Virus record (IMG/VR): IMGVR_UViG_3300020043_002236
Location: 1 to 64,000 of that record
Reading direction: 5' to 3' (one strand)
DNA: 64,000 bases
From: an uncultured virus (IMG/VR IMGVR_UViG_3300020043_002236)
Lineage: Duplodnaviria > Heunggongvirae > Uroviricota > Caudoviricetes > Crassvirales
Each line of letters begins with the position of its first letter. Positions within the stretch are counted from its first letter, which is position 1. Both the position numbers and the translations under genes were made by a program. Under the pieces are notes generated by a model that was not told the origin of the DNA, made no database searches, and was given only the letters and a program-made list of their open reading frames with translations. This document shows positions 24,749 through 34,059 of this stretch, piece by piece.

Positions 24749-25312
24749 ACTCTTTTTGTACTCTAGATAAGGAGTTATCTCCTTTCTTCTCTTAATAACA
24801 TGAGGCTGCTTCTGGTACTCTTGCTCAGCAAGGTCAGACAGCCTCTTTTTTTCTTTTCTTGTACGATTCATCTTACGAATTATAGTCTTATCACGGTCCA
24901 TAGCGTACCCACTGTTTCTTTTTTGAAACATCGGGTTGGCGCTAGGTGATTCTGATATGGTCTGCTCGCCTTCTAGCTTCTTGTAGATAGCCTTTATAAG
25001 ATTTCTACCCTTCAATGACACCTCATATAGTGTTGCCTCATTGCCGATACGGTCCCTCCACTTGCTAATCCATCCGTCACGGTACAGTCTAGCGAATCTT
25101 ACGTTGTCCCACGACATCATCTTGTTGAATTCTACGAACTTTGACTTGTTAAAAAGCCTCTCGCTGTGTAAAAATAGTAGCATCTCTAGGTCTGAATAGC
25201 TAAGGCCGTGTTTTTCTCTGGCCCATATACGAACAATACGCCAGTACTTGAGATAATCTGACTTCGGTTCGACCCTTGTATAGGTTTTCTTTATTATTTT
25301 AGTAAATTTCAT
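24719..25312 (-). CDS. Putative winged-HTH DNA-binding regulator
   Basis: HGLSYSDLEMLLFL...RLYRDGWI...LYEVSLKGR MarR-like pattern; lone antisense gene. Confidence 0.6.
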   Translation of the reverse strand: MKFTKIIKKTYTRVEPKSDYLKYWRIVRIWAREKHGLSYSDLEMLLFLHSERLFNKSKFVEFNKMMSWDNVRFARLYRDGWISKWRDRIGNEATLYEVSLKGRNLIKAIYKKLEGEQTISESPSANPMFQKRNSGYAMDRDKTIIRKMNRTRKEKKRLSDLAEQEYQKQPHVIKRRKEITPYLEYKKSLKDNDNVTL

Positions 25313-25327
25313 TTGAATTAAATTTAA

Positions 25328-25343
25328 TATCTTTGCAAAGATA
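25328..25343. promoter_or_regulatory. Palindromic two-way promoter TATCTTTGCAAAGATA
   Basis: Perfect TAnnTTTG on both strands between divergent genes. Confidence 0.7.
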
Positions 25344-25357
25344 AATAATTTATAGCT

Positions 25358-25474
25358 ATGAAGAAAAAATGCGCACCTAGCATGGCTGCTGGAAAGAAAA
25401 AAGCGGCTCAGTACGAGTCAAAAAAGTCTCTTAATGGTAAAATGAGCTACCTAAAAGGTAACGTAAAGAAATAA
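25358..25474 (+). CDS. 38 aa basic protein MKKKCAPSMAAG...
   Basis: Read manually; first ORF after the promoter. Confidence 0.55.
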   Translation: MKKKCAPSMAAGKKKAAQYESKKSLNGKMSYLKGNVKK

Positions 25475-25477
25475 ATT

Positions 25478-25612
25478 ATGCCGCTAAAGTCAGGAAAAAG
25501 TGCTAAAACTATTAGCGCCAATATAAGAACAGAGATGAAGCACGGTAAGCCTCAAAAACAGGCTATTGCTATTGCGTTATCAAAGGCAGGTAAGTCTAAA
25601 AAGAAAAAATAG
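25478..25612 (+). CDS. 44 aa basic protein [16 protein letters not shown]...[12 protein letters not shown]
   Basis: Read manually; common phage motif [11 protein letters not shown]. Confidence 0.7.
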   Translation: MPLKSGKSAKTISANIRTEMKHGKPQKQAIAIALSKAGKSKKKK

Positions 25613-25884
25613 TGCTAGGAAAGACAGCTAAATATTATAAAGAAAATCCAGAGGCTCGTAAAAAACGCAACGAATATCAGAAGGAGTATAACAAATCTGA
25701 TACTCAAGTAGCTAAACGAGTAGAGCTTAACCGAGAGAATCGTAAAAGAGGAACATACGGAGATAAGAACGGTATGGACCTAGCACACACGAAGAAGGGG
25801 TACGTAATGAAGAAGGCATCAGTTAACAGAGGTGATACTAATGACATGCCTGGAGACAAAAGAGCAAGAGGTAAAAAAAGATAG
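25612..25884 (+). CDS. Small basic protein, possibly HNH-derived
   Basis: K/R-rich; DLAH...NRG. Confidence 0.6.
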   Translation: MLGKTAKYYKENPEARKKRNEYQKEYNKSDTQVAKRVELNRENRKRGTYGDKNGMDLAHTKKGYVMKKASVNRGDTNDMPGDKRARGKKR

Positions 25885-25886
25885 TT

Positions 25887-26177
25887 ATGGCTGATAAAAC
25901 AAAAATGAAATGCAATAGACCAGTTCCTTCTGATAGACCAGGGAAGAAAAAAATGGTAAAGGCTTGTTCTGGAGGTACAGAAAAGTTAATACATTTTGGA
26001 GCTGAAGGGTACGGTAATAACTATAGTGCTGCTGCAAGAAAAAGCTTTAAGGCTAGGCATAAATGTGATACAGCTAATGACAAGTTGTCTGCAAGATACT
26101 GGGCATGTAAAAATTTATGGGCAGGACCCGGAGGATCAACAACTAGCAATCCTAAAAATAGACAAGGTAAATATTAA
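25887..26177 (+). CDS. Small basic phage protein
   Basis: KLIHFG, RKSFKARHKCD, ARYWA motifs. Confidence 0.7.
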   Translation: MADKTKMKCNRPVPSDRPGKKKMVKACSGGTEKLIHFGAEGYGNNYSAAARKSFKARHKCDTANDKLSARYWACKNLWAGPGGSTTSNPKNRQGKY

Positions 26178-26340
26178 TAATAGGCTACTAGGAAACGCAA
26201 TTGAGTTAGTTACTACTAAGACAGGAATAAAAAAAGTAGTAGATACCGTATCAGAAAAAACAGGAAAGGACTGTGGATGTGCTGCTAGAAAGGCAAAACT
26301 AAACAATCCTAATTTACTAATAAACAAAGTATTAAAATAA

Positions 26341-26601
26341 ATGGCTTATCAAAAATTACAACAGAGTAGAGGTTTAGCAGTAGTTAAATCAGATACAGAA
26401 AATATTCCTTCAGTTAACGGAGCTGCTCAAGCAGATCCTTGCGTATTGTATACAGGATCAGGAGGAATTATTAGAGTTCTTACCGCAGGAGGTGATGACA
26501 TTACATTAAATGCTGTTCCAGCAGGAGTAGTATTACCAATCCAAGTAGTTCGTGTATTCTCAACAACAACAACAGCTACAGGAATAGTGGCTCTTTGGTA
26601 G
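26341..26601 (+). CDS. Putative small virion protein
   Basis: LYTGSGG...VPAGVVLPIQVVRV..T.TTA.GIVALW. Confidence 0.65.
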   Translation: MAYQKLQQSRGLAVVKSDTENIPSVNGAAQADPCVLYTGSGGIIRVLTAGGDDITLNAVPAGVVLPIQVVRVFSTTTTATGIVALW

Positions 26602-26602
26602 T

Positions 26603-26794
26603 ATGCGTAAGAACCTTGATACAATAATAAACAGATGGATAAGTAGAAAACTTTTTGTTTTCCTTATAGGCTGTGCTGGGCTATTTTCAGGAAATCTTAA
26701 CTCCTCAGACTGGGTTATTGTAGCTACGGCATACATAAGTATTCAAGGAGTTACTGATATTGTCGAAAAATTATCCATAAAAAAAAATGAGTAA
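26603..26794 (+). CDS. Putative holin
   Basis: SRKL followed by two TM segments; upstream of endolysin. Confidence 0.6.
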   Translation: MRKNLDTIINRWISRKLFVFLIGCAGLFSGNLNSSDWVIVATAYISIQGVTDIVEKLSIKKNE

Positions 26795-27083
26795 TTTAGA
26801 GATTGAAAGATTGGATAGACTAGAAAAAAAACAACAAGAACTTGTTGAAGATCTTGCTATTGTTGGAGAAAATATTCGAGATATAAAGAACGCTATTGTT
26901 GGAAATGAATTGAACAACAATCACGGGATGCTTTATAAGATAAATGAAATAGAGGATAGAGTCGAAGATCTTGAGACATTTAAAAATGAAGTGTCAGTAT
27001 ACGTAAACCAGTTCAAGGTTGTGATAGTTATTATACTAGGATCTCTAGCTACAATATTGGTTAAAATATTTTCAAAATCATGA
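26787..27083 (+). CDS. Coiled-coil protein with C-terminal TM (lysis cassette)
   Basis: Heptads plus hydrophobic tail. Confidence 0.6.
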   Translation: MSNLEIERLDRLEKKQQELVEDLAIVGENIRDIKNAIVGNELNNNHGMLYKINEIEDRVEDLETFKNEVSVYVNQFKVVIVIILGSLATILVKIFSKS

Positions 27084-27535
27084 ATCTATCCAAGAACCTG
27101 TCACTGGCCGAAATGATTAGTAGTGAATCTGCTAAAAGGAACGGAATAAAAAACGAGCCTACAGCAGAACACTTAAGCAACATGAAGAAGTTAGCTATAA
27201 ACATATTTCAGCCTATTAGAGAGCATTTTAAAGTTCCTATACATATTAGCTCTGGATATAGAAGTTTAGCTCTTAACAAAGCTATAAAAGGATCTAGTTC
27301 TAGTCAGCACCTTTTGGGTCAAGCATTTGATTTAGATATGAATGGTAGCTCAAGTAAAGTGACTAATAAAATGATTTTTGAATTCATAAAAAATAACCTT
27401 GATTTTGATCAATTAATAAACGAATATGATTATAGTTGGGTGCATGTATCTTACAATAATAAAGGGAGACAACGTAGACAGGTTTTAGACGCTATAAAAT
27501 CAAACGGAAAAACTATTTATTCTACACATAAATAA
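27080..27535 (+). CDS. Endolysin, peptidase M15A family
   Basis: ISSGYRS, SQH..GQAFD, WVHVSY. Confidence 0.9.
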   Translation: MNLSKNLSLAEMISSESAKRNGIKNEPTAEHLSNMKKLAINIFQPIREHFKVPIHISSGYRSLALNKAIKGSSSSQHLLGQAFDLDMNGSSSKVTNKMIFEFIKNNLDFDQLINEYDYSWVHVSYNNKGRQRRQVLDAIKSNGKTIYSTHK

Positions 27536-27543
27536 CTACAAAA

Positions 27544-28215
27544 TTGGCTTACGTTTATAGACATATTAGACTTGATAAAAACCAGCCTTTCTATATCGGA
27601 ATAGGTAATGATGATAATTTTTTTAGAGCTAATGATTTTAAACCTAATAGAAGAAATAGTATTTGGAATAAAATATTTTTAAAAACAAATATAGAAGTAG
27701 AAATACTTTTTGAAAATTTAACTTGGGATCAGTGTTGCGAAAAAGAAAAGGAATTTATAAAGATATATGGAAGAATAGATAATAAAACCGGAATTTTATC
27801 AAATTTAACAGATGGAGGCGAAGGTACTGTTGGTTATGTAATTACGGAAGAAAGAAGAAAATTATTAAGAGAAAGGTTTAAAGGAAGTAAAAACCCAATG
27901 TATAAGGTTAGACATCCTGATTATTTAATTGAACAGATAAGACAGAAAAACTTGAACAGAATACCTTGGAATAAAGGAATAAAAACTGGATTCAATGAAA
28001 AATTAAGTATTTCTAAAAAAGGCTCTATTCCTTGGAACAAAGGATTAAAAAGCGTTAATGGAAAAAGTAATTCAAAATTAGTATTAAATTTAGAAAACGG
28101 AGTATTTTTTAATTCTTGTAAGGAAGCTTCTTTTACACATAACATAAAACATAGTACGTTAAAGTCAAAACTAAATGGAACCAATAAAAATAATACTAAT
28201 TTAATGTATGTTTAA
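27544..28215 (+). mobile_element. Free-standing homing endonuclease gene (GIY-YIG-like plus NUMOD repeats)
   Basis: YVYRH...FYIGIG, NLTDGGEG, KNPMY, PWNKG x2. Confidence 0.8.
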
Positions 28216-28233
28216 ATACCGAGTTATTAATAA

Positions 28234-28299
28234 AAGCAAAGAAAACAAATACTTAAAGCAATAAAAAAAAATGGCAAGACTGCTTATACTATTTATTAG
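28234..28299 (+). pseudogene. Relic copy of the endolysin C-terminus
   Basis: Reads KQRKQILKAIKKNGKTAYTIY*, versus endolysin RQRRQVLDAIKSNGKTIYSTHK*. Confidence 0.75.
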
Positions 28300-28735
28300 T
28301 GTACTACTACTTCATTCTTGTGCATCTAGAAAAGTAGATGTATCTAAGATGACTGTGGAGACTAAGGTTGATAGCATGTCTGAAGTAAAGGTAGACGGAA
28401 CATACGTTAAAGATAACAACATAGTTATATTAGAATCTACAGATGAAGTAGAATATACTGCAAAAGACACATCTAAACCAATGGAAATTGACGGAAAGGT
28501 TTTTAAAAATGTAGTCATAAAAAGCAAAAAATTAAAAAAAACTACTCTAGATAAAACAAAAGAAAAGGCAGTAGTATCTTCTGTAAAAAAGTTAAATGTA
28601 AAAAGAGAAGATATTAAAAAATCTCTTGATAAGCATATCAAAAAAGAAGCTAACAATTTTGTTTATTTATGGCTTATTCTTATACCTATTGGAATGTATA
28701 TCTATAGAAAAATAAAGAAAAAAATATTCTTATAA
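28271..28735 (+). CDS. Lipoprotein with C-terminal TM; putative unimolecular spanin
   Basis: Signal peptide ending LLHS-C; C-terminal YLWLILIPIGMYIY TM. Confidence 0.65.
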   Translation: MARLLILFISVLLLHSCASRKVDVSKMTVETKVDSMSEVKVDGTYVKDNNIVILESTDEVEYTAKDTSKPMEIDGKVFKNVVIKSKKLKKTTLDKTKEKAVVSSVKKLNVKREDIKKSLDKHIKKEANNFVYLWLILIPIGMYIYRKIKKKIFL

Positions 28736-31700
28736 TGACAAAAATAAGCACATATACTCTAGATGAGAAGATAACAGCACTAGATAAGTGGATTGGATCT
28801 GACGTTAATACTCAGAATAGAACTAAAAATTTCACTCCAAAAAAACTAGCTGAATACTTCAATGAAGATCAAGTTATTAATATTGGAGTTCCATTACAGT
28901 ACAAGTATTATACTTTAGATCCTTTAGAGGCAAGACCGAATGGAACGCTAACGTTTGAGACTGAGATAGGCCCTACTGTCAACTTCTCGTCTGTAACTAC
29001 CTTTATACTTAGTAAGTACACAACAAAACAAAATATAGTATCAGAATTTCTTAATTTCTTAGACGGTTCTAAGGTATTATTGTTTAAGTCTAGTGATATT
29101 AATTCTTTCGGATTTTATAGGATATCTGATATCGCAATATACGATGAGAATCCAAACTTCTTTGTAGTTACGGTTGAATATGAGACTGGTAATGGATTCA
29201 TGCAAGAAGACGAGGACTATATGATATCGCTTGTTAGTTTAGCTGGTGATTTTATACCAACAAAAACTTCAGAATTAATCAATGACGGAGACGACGGGGT
29301 TAATCCTTTTATATCTGAACTAGATATTAATAGAGAAGAATGGGATGCTGCGTATGAAGGGAAAATAAATAGCGCAGAAGTAACTGGAGACACTACCAAG
29401 ACCCTTACACTTACAAAACAAGACGGAAGTACTATCGAGGCGTCATGGACTGACGATAATACCGATGCTGTAACATCTGTTTTCGGCAGAACTGGAGATG
29501 TAGTAGCAGAATCAGGAGACTATACTACAGATCAGGTTACTGAGGTTACTGATAAAAAATATCAGACAGATCTTCAGGATTTATACAACGATGCTACTAG
29601 TTCTATTCAAGATCAATTAGATGGTAAGCAAGGATTAATAACGCTTACTACGACTGGTACTAGTGGTGCCGCTACTTTAGTAGGCGATACATTAAACATA
29701 CCCCAGTATAGCGTTGATTTATCAGGATATGTCCCATACACCGGAGCTACTCAAGATGTTAATTTAGGAACTAATCAATTAAAAGCAGATAGTTTATCTG
29801 TATCTCTTACAAGTGTAGAACCTGTTGATGCAGGCGAGATCGTTTGGAATCAAGCTGATGGAACTTTTGATATGGGGCTCCTTAATGGGGTTACGTTACA
29901 AAACGGTCAAGAAATTCATTTTTACGGTAAAGCACAGGGAGTTATTTCAAATGGTCAAGCTGTAATGTTTGCTGGAAGTCAAGGAGATCATTTGTTAATG
30001 TCCGTGGCTACTCAATCTGCAATAAATGCAAATCCAGAATACTTTATAGGTGTAGCAACACAAGATTTTGCAAATAACGATTTTGGATATATTACTGTTT
30101 TAGGTAAGGTTAGAGAATTAGATACAACAATATACAGTGGATCTGTATTATATTTTGATTCTTCTGGGACTACTCCAGGAGCGTTAACTACTACAATGCC
30201 TGTAGCTCCAAACGCTAAAATTATTGTAGCGGCTATAGTTAGAGTTCATGCAACTCAAGGTATATTGATGGTTAGACCTCATACTATGCCTAAGGTTAAT
30301 GATATTCAAGACATATACGCCCCAACACCTGCTAATAATTACGGGCTATTTTGGAACTCTGCTACACTTAGATACGAGAATAATAGTATAATCGGTGCTT
30401 TAGGATACACGCCTTATAACGCCACTAATCCAAGCAACTACATATCATTATTAGCTTTATCATCTATTGCTACAGGGCTTAGTTATAATAACACGACAGG
30501 TGTGTTTAGTTTGACAAGCGGATATGTTATACCCACAACAACTGAAGAATCCAATTGGAATACGGCGTATACTAACAGAATAATTAGTGCGATTTCTCCA
30601 TTATCAATAGCTTCTAATTCTATATCAATATCTCAAGCAGGAGTTTCTTCTGATGGGTATTTGACATCTATGGATTGGGGTATATTTAATGCTAAACAGC
30701 CAGCTGGAAATTACATAACAGCTCTTACTGGGGAAGCTTCAGCTTCGGGCCCTGGTAGTGCGTCGGTAACTATTTCAAATTCAGCTGTAACAGGGAAAAT
30801 ATTGACTGGGGTTAATATTACTGGGGGAGCTATTCAAGACACAGACTCTATATTAACAGCTTTTGGTAAGGTTCAAAATCAAATAAACGGGTTAATAGGA
30901 GGTTCTATTTATCAAGGCACTTGGGATGCGTTAACAAATAGTCCGTCTTTAAGCAGTTCGGTAGGAACAAAAGGATATTATTACATAGTCAGTGTTTCCG
31001 GATCAACTAATTTAGATGGGATAACCGATTGGAATGTCGGGGACTGGGCTATATTTGACGGGGCGACTTGGCAACAAGTGGATAATACTGATGCCGTGGT
31101 GTCTGTTAATGGATTTACCGGGGCGGTTAGTTTAACAACTTCTAATATAAGTGAAGGAACTAACCTTTACTACACAGAAGGTAGAGTAAGTGCCAATACA
31201 GATGTATCTGCAAATACAGCGGCAAGACATAATGCGGTAACTATTGGAACTGCGAATGGATTGTCTTTATCAGGTCAAGTTTTAAGTTTAGGATTATCAA
31301 GTAATTCAACAAACGGTGCTTTAAGTTCTACTGATTGGAATACATTTAATAGTAAACAAGCGGCTTTAAACGGTACAGGATTTGTTAAAATATCAGGTAC
31401 TACCATATCTTACGACAACAATACTTACGCTTTAGATAGTTTAGTTGTTAAATTAACAGGTGATCAGACAATTTCAAATATTAAAACTTTTTTAAATCGT
31501 ACTGATTTTTCAGGAGAAGGTATAAGAATAGATACTAACGGTTGGATAACACCAAATCAAGTTTATGGAGAAACAGATAATTTCTTTGTAAATTATAGCG
31601 GAAATGGCAATACTATTATTGGTAATTCAACAGGAAATGTAGGAATAGGTACAATAAGTCCTACATTAGCCAAATTGCAAGTTGTAGGTAATATTTTAGC

Positions 31701-32427
31701 TACTTCATTCATTAAATCGGGCGGTACAAGTGACCAATATTTAAAAGCCGATGGCTCTGTAAGCACATTGACTAATCCAATTACAGGTTCAGGAACAACA
31801 AACTATTTACCTAAATTCACAGGAGCAAGTACATTAGGCAACTCTTTGATTTATGATAATGGTACGAATATAGGAATTGGAACAACAAGTCCTTTAACAG
31901 CGTTAACAGTATCAGGTAATTTATCTTTATTCACAACTAACCAAATAAGAATATATAATTCAGCAAAAAATAATTGGGCTGAAATGAGTTCGCCTTTAGT
32001 AACAGGAGATTCTGAAATAGATTTTAAATTAGTTACAAAAACAGGTATTTTTTATGTAAGTCCGATTGGTACTGTTTATATTAATACTTTAGGAACAGGT
32101 TTAGTATATTCTAATGGTGGTAATTTAACAAGCACAAACCCTTCGGATAGTAGGTTAAAAGACGATATTACTGACTTACAATATGGTTTAAATGAAATAC
32201 TACAATTAAGACCCGTATCATATAATTGGAAAGATGACAAAATAAATCAAGGAAAACAATTTGGTTTTATTGCTCAAGAAGTACAAGAAGTGATGCCTGA
32301 ATTAGTAAAAGAATTTGAAACTGAAGAAGGTAATAGATTAGGACTTGACAAAGAAGGTATTTATGCAGCTTTGGTAAATGCAATTAAAGAACTAAAGGCA
32401 GAAATAGAAATTTTAAAAACAAAATAA
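28735..32427 (+). CDS. Tail fibre with C-terminal intramolecular chaperone (peptidase S74)
   Basis: VTSVFGRTG and VVSVNG repeats, NVGIGT repeats, SDSRLKDDI...GFIAQEV. Confidence 0.88.
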   Translation: MTKISTYTLDEKITALDKWIGSDVNTQNRTKNFTPKKLAEYFNEDQVINIGVPLQYKYYTLDPLEARPNGTLTFETEIGPTVNFSSVTTFILSKYTTKQNIVSEFLNFLDGSKVLLFKSSDINSFGFYRISDIAIYDENPNFFVVTVEYETGNGFMQEDEDYMISLVSLAGDFIPTKTSELINDGDDGVNPFISELDINREEWDAAYEGKINSAEVTGDTTKTLTLTKQDGSTIEASWTDDNTDAVTSVFGRTGDVVAESGDYTTDQVTEVTDKKYQTDLQDLYNDATSSIQDQLDGKQGLITLTTTGTSGAATLVGDTLNIPQYSVDLSGYVPYTGATQDVNLGTNQLKADSLSVSLTSVEPVDAGEIVWNQADGTFDMGLLNGVTLQNGQEIHFYGKAQGVISNGQAVMFAGSQGDHLLMSVATQSAINANPEYFIGVATQDFANNDFGYITVLGKVRELDTTIYSGSVLYFDSSGTTPGALTTTMPVAPNAKIIVAAIVRVHATQGILMVRPHTMPKVNDIQDIYAPTPANNYGLFWNSATLRYENNSIIGALGYTPYNATNPSNYISLLALSSIATGLSYNNTTGVFSLTSGYVIPTTTEESNWNTAYTNRIISAISPLSIASNSISISQAGVSSDGYLTSMDWGIFNAKQPAGNYITALTGEASASGPGSASVTISNSAVTGKILTGVNITGGAIQDTDSILTAFGKVQNQINGLIGGSIYQGTWDALTNSPSLSSSVGTKGYYYIVSVSGSTNLDGITDWNVGDWAIFDGATWQQVDNTDAVVSVNGFTGAVSLTTSNISEGTNLYYTEGRVSANTDVSANTAARHNAVTIGTANGLSLSGQVLSLGLSSNSTNGALSSTDWNTFNSKQAALNGTGFVKISGTTISYDNNTYALDSLVVKLTGDQTISNIKTFLNRTDFSGEGIRIDTNGWITPNQVYGETDNFFVNYSGNGNTIIGNSTGNVGIGTISPTLAKLQVVGNILATSFIKSGGTSDQYLKADGSVSTLTNPITGSGTTNYLPKFTGASTLGNSLIYDNGTNIGIGTTSPLTALTVSGNLSLFTTNQIRIYNSAKNNWAEMSSPLVTGDSEIDFKLVTKTGIFYVSPIGTVYINTLGTGLVYSNGGNLTSTNPSDSRLKDDITDLQYGLNEILQLRPVSYNWKDDKINQGKQFGFIAQEVQEVMPELVKEFETEEGNRLGLDKEGIYAALVNAIKELKAEIEILKTK

Positions 32428-32428
32428 T

Positions 32429-32692
32429 ATGACAAAGATTAGCCAATACCCGGACGATACTGAAATAACAGTTGATGATAAGTTAGTAGGAACAGACGCG
32501 GAAAATAGTTTAGAAACAAAAAACTTTACATTTGCTGACGTAATTAGTTTTCTACAACAGAACTTACTTATAATGAACACACCTTCACTTACAGGCGTAC
32601 TAGAGTACGCAGACAATGCGGCGGCTGTTACAGCTGGACTTGCTGTAGGTAAGATCTACAGAACAGGGGATGTTTTAAAAATTGTACATTAA
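32429..32692 (+). CDS. Small virion-associated protein
   Basis: N-terminus resembles the tail fibre N-terminus; YADNAAA..AGL..G.IYRTG. Confidence 0.65.
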   Translation: MTKISQYPDDTEITVDDKLVGTDAENSLETKNFTFADVISFLQQNLLIMNTPSLTGVLEYADNAAAVTAGLAVGKIYRTGDVLKIVH

Positions 32693-32703
32693 TAAATAAT
32701 TCG

Positions 32704-32711
32704 TATATTTG
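32704..32711 (+). promoter_or_regulatory. -7 promoter element
   Basis: TATATTTG. Confidence 0.6.
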
Positions 32712-32730
32712 CCAATAAAATCTAAATAAA

Positions 32731-32988
32731 ATGAAAAAAGTAAAGTCAATCGAAGAAAAAGAATTAAAAAAATTGCAAGAATTCGAGTCATTCTTTAAAG
32801 GAGCCTACGAGGCGTTAGGTCAGCTAACTACAGAGTACGAGTTTAAGAAATCTGACGTTTTGAGACAGGTTAACGAAAAGTTAATCAAACAAGACGAGAT
32901 TAAAAAAGAACTAGCTGAGATTTATGGAGAGAATATCTCTATTAACATTAACACAGGGGAGATCTCTGAAGGCGAAGTTCAGGCGTAA
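32731..32988 (+). CDS. Coiled-coil hypothetical protein
   Basis: YGENISININTGEI tail. Confidence 0.7.
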   Translation: MKKVKSIEEKELKKLQEFESFFKGAYEALGQLTTEYEFKKSDVLRQVNEKLIKQDEIKKELAEIYGENISININTGEISEGEVQA

Positions 32989-33215
32989 TGTTTGATATCC
33001 GAAAAATAACCATAGGCGCTGACTACAAAAGCAACGGTATGCACTATATTGTAGGGCAACCAATACTCGATAAGTCTTATACAATTCACTTAATGCGAGT
33101 TGATGAGAATACTGGAGGAATAAAAATCTGGATAGAGAAGGAAGACGAAGTATTTCTTTGGAAGGAGTTTAATTCTAACATGCCGATATCTATAGAATAT
33201 AATATCAACTTCTAA
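32988..33215 (+). CDS. Hypothetical protein
   Basis: 75 aa ORF. Confidence 0.7.
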   Translation: MFDIRKITIGADYKSNGMHYIVGQPILDKSYTIHLMRVDENTGGIKIWIEKEDEVFLWKEFNSNMPISIEYNINF

Positions 33216-33781
33216 TGAAGTCTCCTAACCTATTTATCGTTAGACCGTTAAATGGTAGGCGATACGACAATATCAAAGAGATAGGAGGACTTGATTTAAT
33301 TACAAGCGTATCTCAAGAAGACCATACGGTCTCTAATAGATATGCTGAGGTTGTTGAGACTCCAATTGGATATGTTGGCGAAATAACTCCTGGAGATATA
33401 CTACTAGTACACCACAACGTATTTAAGTTTTATTACGATATGAAGGGTAGACAGAAGAGCGGTGCCAGTTACTTTAAGGACGACTTATTCTTTGTTGACC
33501 AAGAACAATTCTTTATGTACAAACATAATGATGTATGGAAGGCTCACTCTAAGTACTGTTTTATTAAACCTACAGAATCAAAAGAATCAATAATTAAAAA
33601 GAACTGTAAGGAAGAACCTCTTATAGGAACTATTGCTTATATAAATAACGAACTACTATCTCTAGGACTTAATGTCGGAGATGAAATTGCATTTGAACCA
33701 AATAGTGAATATCCTTTTACTATAGAAGATCAAAAACTATACAGGATGTTTACTAATAACATCACACTTAAATGGAATTAA
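33215..33781 (+). CDS. Tandem GroES-like protein
   Basis: Two GroES-like halves (FIVRP...PGDILLVH; FIKP...VGDEIAF). Confidence 0.6.
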   Translation: MKSPNLFIVRPLNGRRYDNIKEIGGLDLITSVSQEDHTVSNRYAEVVETPIGYVGEITPGDILLVHHNVFKFYYDMKGRQKSGASYFKDDLFFVDQEQFFMYKHNDVWKAHSKYCFIKPTESKESIIKKNCKEEPLIGTIAYINNELLSLGLNVGDEIAFEPNSEYPFTIEDQKLYRMFTNNITLKWN

Positions 33782-34059
33782 AAGAAATTAAATTACAAAT
33801 AATTGAAGCTGGAGAAAAGGCTGTAATGGAACTAATTAAAGTTGCATCAGATCAGATATTGAAACCTATCGACGACGGTACTGATTTAGCCGCTGACAAA
33901 CTAAAGAATGCAGCATCAGCAAAGAAATTAGCTATATTCGATGCGTTTGAAATTTTAAACAGAATAGAATCCGAAAGAGAAAAACTAAACGAGGATCCTA
34001 AAGAAGTAGCTAAGCCAGAACCTAAAATACAAGGATTTGCAGAAAAACGATCAAAATAA
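33772..34059 (+). CDS. Putative terminase small subunit
   Basis: Small helical ORF overlapping the terL start. Confidence 0.45.
   Translation: MELKEIKLQIIEAGEKAVMELIKVASDQILKPIDDGTDLAADKLKNAASAKKLAIFDAFEILNRIESEREKLNEDPKEVAKPEPKIQGFAEKRSK

Noticed and set aside
27544..28215. Group I intron around either homing endonuclease gene
   Set aside because: Flanking genes have their own stops and there is no room for intron core elements; both appear free-standing.
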